In this document: positions 28,847-37,199 of the stretch, in pieces
Numbering within the stretch: position 1 is the stretch's first letter
Layout: the number at the start of each line of letters is the position of its first letter
Source of the DNA: Cyanobacteria bacterium auto_48_18
Lineage (GTDB): Bacteria > Cyanobacteriota > Vampirovibrionia > Obscuribacterales > Obscuribacteraceae
DNA: 64,000 nt
Direction: 5' to 3'
Assembly (NCBI GenBank): GCA_036170915.1
Contig: JAVHQC010000034.1
Span: forward strand, 1-64,000
Notes under the pieces: generated by a model
The model's input: only the letters and a program-made list of their open reading frames with translations
Database searches by the model: none
What the model was told of the DNA's origin: nothing
Made by a program: the position numbers and the translations under genes

Positions 28847-31221
28847 CTGGGTGCCTGCCCTTTTAACTTTGGCAGCGCTCGGGCTAGCTCTTGCTCTTGT
28901 GCGGCATTGAGCAGGCCTGGTGGAAGGGTCAGATACTCTAACTTTTTAAACTTTTTCAGGCTGTCCAGGCACGAAGCGTCTAAGCTCGGGCAATTACTAA
29001 TTTGCAGATAATTGAGTCGCTTCAGTGCGGTCAGTTTTGCCAGGTCAGCGATTGTTATCGGCACATTGACTAGAACAAGCCGCTGTATATTTTTGCATGA
29101 TGCAATGGCGTCAAAGTCTTTTTCCTTTAGCATCATTCGCCGCAAATTGAGGTGCATCAAATTATCATTGTGTGCCAGTTTTTCAAATATGGGTGAAACT
29201 TTACCGGCGCAGCTTAAACTGAACCAGAGTAATTGGGGCAACAGCTCAAGCTTCGTTAACGCACCTGTTCCGGCACCAGTTACAGTCAAGTTTAAATCTT
29301 GAAGTTTCTTTAGTTGGTTCAGATAGGCCACGTCTCTATCAGTGAGTGTGGCTACAGTAATTGATACCGACTGCAGTGCCGTCAGTTTTGCTATGTACGG
29401 CAGCGAAGAACTTGAGTTAGCGTTGCTGTCTAAAAAATTGATGGCATACAGATCGTCGCTCTTAAAATATTTCAGCAACTGCGGATGATCGCTGACAAAT
29501 TTATTTGCTTCCAGTCTGAGTACATGCCCTGAGGGCACTTTGCAGTCACCTTGTGCCAGGAGAGTATCGATTTTGACGCCATTTTTCCACACAGAGAGAT
29601 TGCCGATGCAAAATCGGGGAAAGGAAAATAGCTTTAGTTTCTGACCAGCAATAGTAATGATTTTTGAGTATTCGTCAGGATTACTGTCAAGAAAAGGTTT
29701 GACTTGATAGTCTGCTGGTCTTTCTTTGAAATCAGGCTGAGCGCTTGCGATTTTTGCCGGCTCACTTTCTACTGTTGATGGGCCTTCAGGTTTTTCACCG
29801 TCGCTGGCAAAGAAAAACCAGGCGGGTATCGAACTGAGACAGGTGATGATGATGGCAATTGCTGCCATCAGTGGCGCTTTGCTTTTATTTTTATCTTGAT
29901 AATCTGCATTGTTATCTTCGCTGTCATCTTCATTATCATAATTATCAGGTGGTTCTGATGCAATTTTCCGCTCATATATGATTATTGCTTTGCCGTCTTT
30001 AACGCGTTCTAAATCTGCCATTAACTCGCCGGCAGACTGATAGCGCCGCTCCGGTAGTTTAGCCAGACATTTGGCCAGTACCATCTCTATCGATTGGGGA
30101 AATTCTCTCTTGCTTGCGCTCGCTAGTGACGGTGGCTCTTTTTCTTGGTGCAGCATGGCAATTTCTACCGATGAACTTGCTTCAAAGGGCACATAGCCAG
30201 TGAGACACTCATACATGGCGCAGCCAACCGAATAAATATCAGAGCGAGCGTCAATTTCGTCACCAAGACATTGTTCTGGGCTCATATAAAATGGGCTGCC
30301 AAATATTTCTCCGGCGGCGGTGAGTTGTTGCAGATTGTCTGCATTGACCAATTTGGCAATGCCGAAATCAAGAATTTTAACTTCTGCACCACCAGGAGTA
30401 CAGATAAAAATATTGGCTGGTTTAATGTCGCGATGAACAATACCATGGCTGTGAGCGTATGCCAGACCATCAAGCACTGGCAGAAAAGTATCGATGGTGC
30501 GCGCCAGGGTGAGTGGGCCTTCTTCAACCAATAAATTTTCTAAGTTGCGGCCGGTGAGGTAATCCATCGAATAGTAAAAGACCGACTGTTCGTGAATACC
30601 CAGATCGTAGACATTGACTAAACTTGGATGATTAAGTGTGGCAAGAGTTTTTGCTTCTGCTTGAAAGCGAATCAAATGCTTTTCGCTCACCATGCTCGGC
30701 AGCAAAATCTTTAAAGCATATTGCCTGCGCATGGCCAGGTGCTCTGCCAGGTACACGGTACCCATGCCACCTTCGCCAATAACAGATTCGATTTTAAATG
30801 TGCCACCAATAACTGCACCAGGTCCAATTGCTTTGCCAGTTTGATTTGAGGCTTCAGCCTTGAAACTTTTCGCCAGAGTGCGCCTGTAATTGGCCCGCTC
30901 TGCTGTGCCGGTGTGTTCGTGTTCTATGATGCTGGCAGAGTCTTCGAATTGCGGAATTCTAAATTGTGGATTTAGACATTGACAGCGCAGTTCTTTAAAA
31001 AGATATGCAGTAAATGATCCGGCTTTTTGATCTTTAGGGCTCGACTTGCCGCAATTGGTGCAGATGCGATTGTTGCTTTCAATGATTGTCGCTCGCCGCG
31101 ATGCGTGGCTTGATTTGCCGTTACTGTGGCAATTACAATATTTTTCTTGAAAAAAGTACGATGTAATGGAACCGGCCCGTGTAGCCGCTTTTGATTTGCC
31201 GCAGTCGGGGCAAAGAGCCAT
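28843..31221 (-). CDS. K6: receptor-like Ser/Thr kinase with LRR ectodomain
   Basis: Same architecture; acidic juxtamembrane linker; start overlaps the MoeB stop (TGATG). Confidence 0.93.
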   Translation of the reverse strand: MALCPDCGKSKAATRAGSITSYFFQEKYCNCHSNGKSSHASRRATIIESNNRICTNCGKSSPKDQKAGSFTAYLFKELRCQCLNPQFRIPQFEDSASIIEHEHTGTAERANYRRTLAKSFKAEASNQTGKAIGPGAVIGGTFKIESVIGEGGMGTVYLAEHLAMRRQYALKILLPSMVSEKHLIRFQAEAKTLATLNHPSLVNVYDLGIHEQSVFYYSMDYLTGRNLENLLVEEGPLTLARTIDTFLPVLDGLAYAHSHGIVHRDIKPANIFICTPGGAEVKILDFGIAKLVNADNLQQLTAAGEIFGSPFYMSPEQCLGDEIDARSDIYSVGCAMYECLTGYVPFEASSSVEIAMLHQEKEPPSLASASKREFPQSIEMVLAKCLAKLPERRYQSAGELMADLERVKDGKAIIIYERKIASEPPDNYDNEDDSEDNNADYQDKNKSKAPLMAAIAIIITCLSSIPAWFFFASDGEKPEGPSTVESEPAKIASAQPDFKERPADYQVKPFLDSNPDEYSKIITIAGQKLKLFSFPRFCIGNLSVWKNGVKIDTLLAQGDCKVPSGHVLRLEANKFVSDHPQLLKYFKSDDLYAINFLDSNANSSSSLPYIAKLTALQSVSITVATLTDRDVAYLNQLKKLQDLNLTVTGAGTGALTKLELLPQLLWFSLSCAGKVSPIFEKLAHNDNLMHLNLRRMMLKEKDFDAIASCKNIQRLVLVNVPITIADLAKLTALKRLNYLQISNCPSLDASCLDSLKKFKKLEYLTLPPGLLNAAQEQELARALPKLKGQAPR

Positions 31222-32402
31222 CAGCTTACACCAAGAGACGGATCAACCTCTTGGGCCCAACTGATGATGCCACCAGTGAGGTGACGCACCTTTTTAAAAC
31301 CGGCGGCCTTTAGCATATCCATGGCTCTGCGGCTGCGCGCGCCGCTTTTGCAGTAGACAACAATGTCTTTGTCTTTATCTAAAACTTCCAGTCGTTCGTT
31401 CAATTCATCTACTGGAATTAAAACTGAGTCAGGCAAATTGCCCAGAATATATTCTTCGCCGCGACGCACATCTAATAACAGCGGTGGATTATCTTGCGAC
31501 AATAGAGCTGAAAGTTCGCGCGCGCTTAAAGCTTCTTTGCCTGGCGTCTCACTGGTACACAAAGCGGCTTCGTCCGTGAGTTTCGAAATAGTCGGATTGT
31601 CACCACAAAGGGCACAATTTGCATCGCGCTTGATTTTCAATTCGTCAAAAGTCATGGGCAGGCAATTAAATAGTAGTAAACGCCCAACCAGAGGCTCACC
31701 AATACCAAGTATATGTTTTATCGCTTCAGTGGCTTGCAGCGTGCCGATAATGCCAGGCAAAACGCCTAACACTCCGCCTTCGGCACAGTTTGGTATTGTC
31801 TCCGCGGGTGGTGCCTGAGGAAACAGACAGCGGTAGCATGGCCCGGCCGGCGGGTTGAACAGGCTGACCTGACCTTCAAAGCGAAAGATGGCACCATAAA
31901 CATTTGGTTTGCCGAGCATGACGCAGGCATCGTTAACCAGATAGCGGGTAGAGAAATTATCGGTGCCGTCAATAACCAGATCATAGCCAGCAATTATCTG
32001 TTTGGCATTGGCAGTGCTGAGCTTTTCATGCAAAGCTTCTATTTCTATGTCGCCATTTAAAGCACCCATACGGGCTGCTGCGCTATTGGCTTTTGACTTG
32101 CCGATATCTTCTTTTGTGTAAATCACCTGACGTTGCAAATTTGATAAATCTACGTTGTCGTCGTCAATAATGCCAATGGTGCCCACACCTGCTGCGGCTA
32201 GATAGAGCGCTATGGGTGAGCCCAATCCACCAGCGCCAACTATGAGTATTTTGCTCTGTTTCAGTTTCAGTTGCCCGGCGCTACCCACTTCAGGCAATAG
32301 CAGATGCCGATTGTAGCGAGCCAGCTCCGATGGCGAAAAGTCGCCGGTGCGGTCTTGGCCTAGCTCTGGCACTTGGTCTGAATCTAGCTCAGGCTCTGGC
32401 AT
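31221..32402 (-). CDS. moeB: MoeB/MoeZ-type E1-like adenylyltransferase fused to rhodanese
   Basis: RYNRH, GAGGLG, DLSNLQRQ, DGTDN, CYRC and CALC Zn pairs, NCAEGGVLG active Cys, rhodanese CKSGARS. Confidence 0.93.
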   Translation of the reverse strand: MPEPELDSDQVPELGQDRTGDFSPSELARYNRHLLLPEVGSAGQLKLKQSKILIVGAGGLGSPIALYLAAAGVGTIGIIDDDNVDLSNLQRQVIYTKEDIGKSKANSAAARMGALNGDIEIEALHEKLSTANAKQIIAGYDLVIDGTDNFSTRYLVNDACVMLGKPNVYGAIFRFEGQVSLFNPPAGPCYRCLFPQAPPAETIPNCAEGGVLGVLPGIIGTLQATEAIKHILGIGEPLVGRLLLFNCLPMTFDELKIKRDANCALCGDNPTISKLTDEAALCTSETPGKEALSARELSALLSQDNPPLLLDVRRGEEYILGNLPDSVLIPVDELNERLEVLDKDKDIVVYCKSGARSRRAMDMLKAAGFKKVRHLTGGIISWAQEVDPSLGVS

Positions 32403-32663
32403 TTAGCCCCCGCTCAGGGCGCAGGTAATATGCACAATGTCATTGATGGCTAACGTGGTATCCAGTGTTTTCACTTCTTCTTTGTTGACGAATATTTTGA
32501 TATGTTGGCGTATGTGATCTTGTTCGTCTATTATGCGAAACTTCATTCCCGGAAATTCTTGGTCGAGCTTTTGCGTTAGTGCCAGAAGTGATGGTGCCTC
32601 CGTATCTAAGCTGCGTTGGCCCCTGGTATACGAGAGTAGTGGCCCGGGAATATGAACCATCAT
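32403..32663 (-). CDS. MoaD/ThiS-family ubiquitin-like sulfur carrier
   Basis: 86 aa, beta-grasp pattern (VHIPGPL...IKIFVN), C-terminal ALSGG. Confidence 0.9.
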   Translation of the reverse strand: MMVHIPGPLLSYTRGQRSLDTEAPSLLALTQKLDQEFPGMKFRIIDEQDHIRQHIKIFVNKEEVKTLDTTLAINDIVHITCALSGG

Positions 32664-32665
32664 AT

Positions 32666-33805
32666 TTACTCGCTCTCCTGCGTGGTGAGAGAATAAATTT
32701 CAGGCAAATATCGTACGATACAGCTCCAATTTTGACCCTCATCCAGGCTGGCCCAGACTTCACCAGATGTGGTGCCAAAGTAGAGACCGACTTTTTCGCA
32801 TGAGTCAGCGGTCATGCACTGGCGCTTCACCGTAAAATAACCGTGCTCTTTGGGCAGGCCGCTATCTAAGCGCTTCCAGCTGTTGCCACTGTCTTCGGTG
32901 CCATAAACTGCCGGTTTGCCGTCAGGGCTGGTGCGTGGCCACACCGTTGTGCCATCCATCGGAAATACCCAGACGCGGCTGGCATCTCGGGGGTGGGGCA
33001 CCATCGGAAAACCAATGTCTCCCACTTCTTTGGGCATGTTGTTGCCAATGCGAATCCAGTCGCTCGATGGTCTGTCCATGCGATAAATGCCGCAGTGGTT
33101 TTGTTGATACAGTTTGTCTGGGTCGCCAGGATGCTGTATTAAACAATGCGGGTCGTGCCCGTATTCTACAGTCTCGTCCGGAATCCAGTCGGCTTCAATT
33201 TTACGGTTTAATGGTTTCCAGGTGTTGCCTTTGTCATTACTTTCGAAGGTACCACCAACCGAAATCGAGGCGTACATGTGGGCGCTGTCGCGAGGGTCGA
33301 CGATGATTGAGTGCAGTGGCTGTCCGCCTGGTGTCTCGCCTGATGCAGACCATTTGTCGTAGTCGGCAGCATCATTGAAGCCTGAAACGGGCTCCCAGGT
33401 GGCGCCGTCGTCTTCAGAGCGAAAGAGCCCAGGTGGAGAGGTGCCCGCGTACCAGGTTGATTTTTCTGTCTCGTGGCCGGGAGTGACCCAGAAGACCTGG
33501 CCGACGGCACGTCCTTTTTGGCCTTCAGCTACCTTAGGAAAGGCTGGTGGTGAGCTGGCTTCTACCCAGGTAGTGCCGCCGTCTAAGCTGCGAAATACTG
33601 TGGGGCCTAAGTGCCCGGTTTTGGCTGCCATTAGCAGCACGCTGCTGTTGCGCGGGTCGGCTACTACATGGTGAATAATGTGGCCAAGAAAATGCGGGCC
33701 CTCGAGCTGCCAGCTTTTGCCGTTGTCGTTGGTGTGGAGATAAAAGGCGCCTTTGCGTGTGCCAACTAAGAGTCGTGGCCTTGCTGCGGCAATCTTGGCT
33801 ACCAT
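32666..33805 (-). CDS. BNR/Asp-box (sialidase-like) beta-propeller protein
   Basis: Repeated SxDxGxTW boxes (SLDGGTTW, SEDDGATW, SNDKGNTW, TEDSGNSW, SLDEGQNW). GAGGGT RBS precedes ATG 33805. No signal peptide. Confidence 0.88.
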   Translation of the reverse strand: MVAKIAAARPRLLVGTRKGAFYLHTNDNGKSWQLEGPHFLGHIIHHVVADPRNSSVLLMAAKTGHLGPTVFRSLDGGTTWVEASSPPAFPKVAEGQKGRAVGQVFWVTPGHETEKSTWYAGTSPPGLFRSEDDGATWEPVSGFNDAADYDKWSASGETPGGQPLHSIIVDPRDSAHMYASISVGGTFESNDKGNTWKPLNRKIEADWIPDETVEYGHDPHCLIQHPGDPDKLYQQNHCGIYRMDRPSSDWIRIGNNMPKEVGDIGFPMVPHPRDASRVWVFPMDGTTVWPRTSPDGKPAVYGTEDSGNSWKRLDSGLPKEHGYFTVKRQCMTADSCEKVGLYFGTTSGEVWASLDEGQNWSCIVRYLPEIYSLTTQESE

Positions 33806-33876
33806 TATCAACCCTCTAATTTTCCAGCATAATGATATCAAATGATAAACTAGGCCGTCTTCGCGCAGGTTATGAA

Positions 33877-34833
33877 ATGCGGCTTTTTTCCTGCAAAATC
33901 CACAAAAGCCAGGCTCATTTAATACTTGCCCTGCTGTTTGTCGCAGCTATGTATTCGACTGGCACAGTCAACGCTTTTAAAACTTACACTTTTGCTGGTG
34001 GAGCCATTCATGAGAATATTACCCGCACGGCGCTGGTGAGCGGCGGTGCAAAGATTAGCAAGCCGAGTTTTACCGTTATAAATAAGGGCAATTATAGCCA
34101 GGATGCTCTAGGCTCACCCGAATTTTTGAACGACAGTCACCATTTTGATAACTGCAAAATCAAAGAGAGTTTGGCTTATGTAGAAAGTTGCTACAGCGAG
34201 ATCAGGCATCATTTATGCCTTGCCGGCAAGAACAAGACAGACCAGCTTTTCGTTTTGCGCAAATTTGGGCAATTGTTGCATCCATTGCAAGATTTCTATT
34301 CTCATTCAAATTATGTGGAATTACAGCTGGCGAAGAGAAGTAATTTGCAGCCTGCTCAGCTGCCTTTAGTTGATTGGAAGGCCATACCACCAGTGGTGCA
34401 AACAGGCTTTTTCTATTTCAAAGACAATACCAGTAACGAAGTTTTTATGGGAGCCAATCCATTTACAGCTAGCAATCCTAGCCGCGATCTGGTCACGCCG
34501 CTGCTGGTTAAATGTGGCTTTTGTCGTCCTGGCACCAGATATGCCACCAGCGCTGAGTATGCGCTAATTAAAACTTTTGATCAGCGACTTAAATATGTCT
34601 GCAATGCAAAACTTTCTTTAATGCATCGCGACGTCAACAAAGACAATGATGCTACTGAAGAAGGCAAAATTATCAACCCCAGCACTGGCACTACGTTATT
34701 TGCTTACGCCGAGAATCTTGCTGTTCGTGAAACTGCCAGGCAATGGCAGCGGTTGGAGAACGAAGTAAAAGGCCAGTGCTCACCGGTGGAAGCGCCAAGA
34801 ATTATCAAAGCCTTGCGGGCGGGTTTTAACTAA
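33877..34833 (+). CDS. secreted HET-C / VWA7-N-like Zn-dependent (phospholipase C/P1-fold) protein
   Basis: Signal peptide ending VNA-F; IHENIT, HHFDN, GQLLHPLQDFYSHSNYVE, VNKD. Confidence 0.75.
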   Translation: MRLFSCKIHKSQAHLILALLFVAAMYSTGTVNAFKTYTFAGGAIHENITRTALVSGGAKISKPSFTVINKGNYSQDALGSPEFLNDSHHFDNCKIKESLAYVESCYSEIRHHLCLAGKNKTDQLFVLRKFGQLLHPLQDFYSHSNYVELQLAKRSNLQPAQLPLVDWKAIPPVVQTGFFYFKDNTSNEVFMGANPFTASNPSRDLVTPLLVKCGFCRPGTRYATSAEYALIKTFDQRLKYVCNAKLSLMHRDVNKDNDATEEGKIINPSTGTTLFAYAENLAVRETARQWQRLENEVKGQCSPVEAPRIIKALRAGFN

Positions 34834-34858
34834 CATGGATTAGAGCTTACCGAATTGC

Positions 34859-37186
34859 TCACTCTTTTGTTGTCGGAGACGCTGGATACTCAAAGCGGTC
34901 GAGAAGGCCGGCGTCTTTCTCATGGTCTGGCTTCATAACTGGCGGTCTCAGCGTCTTTAGTTGTTTGAATTTGCGCAATACTTTCATATAGTCGGTGTCT
35001 AATTTGCAATTATCATAGAATTTGAGCACGCGTAATTGTTTGGCCGGCAAAAATTGCTCCAACTCGCTGTTGTGGATAGTCAAACTGGCCAGCTCAAGCA
35101 TTCTTAGATGTTCTAATTTGGCGATGGTGGCCCATTGTTTTTTAGAGAGCGTAAATTCATACATAAAAAGGTCTCGTACCTGGTTGCCTTTTTGCCAGGC
35201 TTGCAGAATTGGTTCGATACTGGCTGGGCCAGCTATGCTGACAGAAGTCCACTGAGGCAAATATTTACATTTTGCCACTAGTGTGTAATCGGTGTCAGAG
35301 CCAAACTTAATTGACTTTAGATTTGGTAGATCATCTAGATAGTGAACGTCACCCGGTAACATCGGAGTATCGCGGAGGCTTAAATCGACAAGTGATGTTA
35401 ATTTAGATACGTAAGGCAGTAGGTCTTCGCTCAGGCCATCAACTGTCCAGAAGTCCAGGCCTTGCAGATCGTCTTTTCGAAAATGAGCGAGCAAATGTGG
35501 TCGGCTGGCAAACTCGCTACTGGCCTTAAGGTTAATTGCGCTATCCGCCGGTACATCGCAAAGGCCCTGGGCTTTCAATTTTATCTCTTTGCCGCGTTCG
35601 AAGTACGAAATTGTTCCCAGGCTAAAATCCTCAGGAAATTCAAATCGTTTGACCCGGCGCCCATCTATGCTAATCAGCCTTGAATAATATTGTGGTTTCT
35701 TTTGAACCTCTGCTGGAGGCTGTGCTGGCGCTTTGGGTGCTGAGAAATAACTCCAGGCAAATGCTGCCACACCTGCTAACAACAAAGTAACAATACCGGC
35801 CACCAGAAGTGGTGCGCCGGTATTATCAGAATTGGAACGTGAGTGAGAATTAGACTTTTTAGAAGATGGTTTAGACCCATTCGCAAGAGCCGCTTTTCTG
35901 GCTGCTACCGGTGCATAGTCGGCAACACTCTTGCCCTCTTTGATACGTTGTAAATCAAGGGCCATTTCTTTGGCCGATTGATAACGCTCACGGGGCAGTT
36001 TGGCCAGGCACTTACCAATAACAATATCGAAGCCGTCAGGAAATTTTGTGCTGGTAACTTCAGACAGAAGTGGTGGCTCTTGCTCTTCGTGCATCATGGC
36101 AATTTCTAAAGACGAATCGGCCTCAAAGGGCACAAAACCAGTAAGCGTCTCAAATAGCGAGCAACCTACCGAATAAATATCTGAGCGCAAATCTATTTCA
36201 CCACCAGTGCATTGCTCTGGGCTCATGTAATAAGGGCTGCCAAAAATCTCTCCCACCTGGGTTAGTTTCTGCCCTTCATCAATTTTGAGCAACTTAGAAA
36301 TACCGAAATCGAGAATTTTAACTGAGGCAGCACTGATGGTGGCACCATGGCAAATGAAAATGTTGGCCGGCTTGATGTCGCGGTGCACAATACCATTGCG
36401 GTGGGCATATGCCAGGCCGTCTAATACTGCCAGAAATACTTCGATTGACTCTTTAACTGTCAGAGGTCCATCGTCAAACAAAATTTGCTCTAAATTGCGA
36501 CCTTGCAAATAATCCATGGAGTAGTAAAAAACAGACTTTTCATGAATGCCGAGATCGTACACGTTGACAAGATTGGGGTGATTTAAAGCGGCCAATATTT
36601 TCGCTTCTGTTTGAAAGCGTTGCCAGTACGTGGCGCTTATCAGACTCGGTTCAAGAATTTTCAAGGCGAACTGGCGCCGCAAAGAAAGGTGTTCGGCTAG
36701 GTAAATTACACCCATGGCGCCAGCACCGATTTCTTTTTCTATCTTAAATGTGCCACCAATAATAGTGCCTGGGCCGATGACAATATTGCCATTGGCAGTG
36801 GGCAGCATTGGTTTAAATGTTTGGGTTAATGGTCGCTTCTGTCGAGTACGCTCACCTGAGCGCGTGCGGCTCTTGCCCGTACCACTTGTACCCGTACTAT
36901 TTTTGCCGCCGCGGGAACGAGCAAATTTTGGCTCCAGGCACTGGCAACGCAGTTCTTTAAATAAATAAGCGGTAAACGAGCCAACTTTTTGATCCACCGG
37001 GCACGATTTTCCGCAATTAAGGCAAATGCGATTGTCGCTTTGTTTTGTATCGCTGGTATTGCCGACAGCATTACCAGCGCCGTTCTTGTGGCATTGACAA
37101 TATTTTTCTTGAAAGAAATAAGACGTGAGCGAACCAGCTCTGGTAGAGGCTTGTGATTTTCCGCAGGTTCGGCAAATTACACTCAT
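34859..37186 (-). CDS. K7: receptor-like Ser/Thr kinase with LRR ectodomain
   Basis: GAGAMG, HRDIKPAN, DFG; TM; LRR. Start set at MSVICR. Confidence 0.92.
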   Translation of the reverse strand: MSVICRTCGKSQASTRAGSLTSYFFQEKYCQCHKNGAGNAVGNTSDTKQSDNRICLNCGKSCPVDQKVGSFTAYLFKELRCQCLEPKFARSRGGKNSTGTSGTGKSRTRSGERTRQKRPLTQTFKPMLPTANGNIVIGPGTIIGGTFKIEKEIGAGAMGVIYLAEHLSLRRQFALKILEPSLISATYWQRFQTEAKILAALNHPNLVNVYDLGIHEKSVFYYSMDYLQGRNLEQILFDDGPLTVKESIEVFLAVLDGLAYAHRNGIVHRDIKPANIFICHGATISAASVKILDFGISKLLKIDEGQKLTQVGEIFGSPYYMSPEQCTGGEIDLRSDIYSVGCSLFETLTGFVPFEADSSLEIAMMHEEQEPPLLSEVTSTKFPDGFDIVIGKCLAKLPRERYQSAKEMALDLQRIKEGKSVADYAPVAARKAALANGSKPSSKKSNSHSRSNSDNTGAPLLVAGIVTLLLAGVAAFAWSYFSAPKAPAQPPAEVQKKPQYYSRLISIDGRRVKRFEFPEDFSLGTISYFERGKEIKLKAQGLCDVPADSAINLKASSEFASRPHLLAHFRKDDLQGLDFWTVDGLSEDLLPYVSKLTSLVDLSLRDTPMLPGDVHYLDDLPNLKSIKFGSDTDYTLVAKCKYLPQWTSVSIAGPASIEPILQAWQKGNQVRDLFMYEFTLSKKQWATIAKLEHLRMLELASLTIHNSELEQFLPAKQLRVLKFYDNCKLDTDYMKVLRKFKQLKTLRPPVMKPDHEKDAGLLDRFEYPASPTTKE

Positions 37187-37199
37187 GTCTATGAACTCT

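Noticed and set aside
31221..33805. CBASS or Bil-type antiphage ubiquitin-like system
   Set aside because: No CD-NTase, E2 or JAB gene; the E1 is a canonical MoeB-rhodanese.
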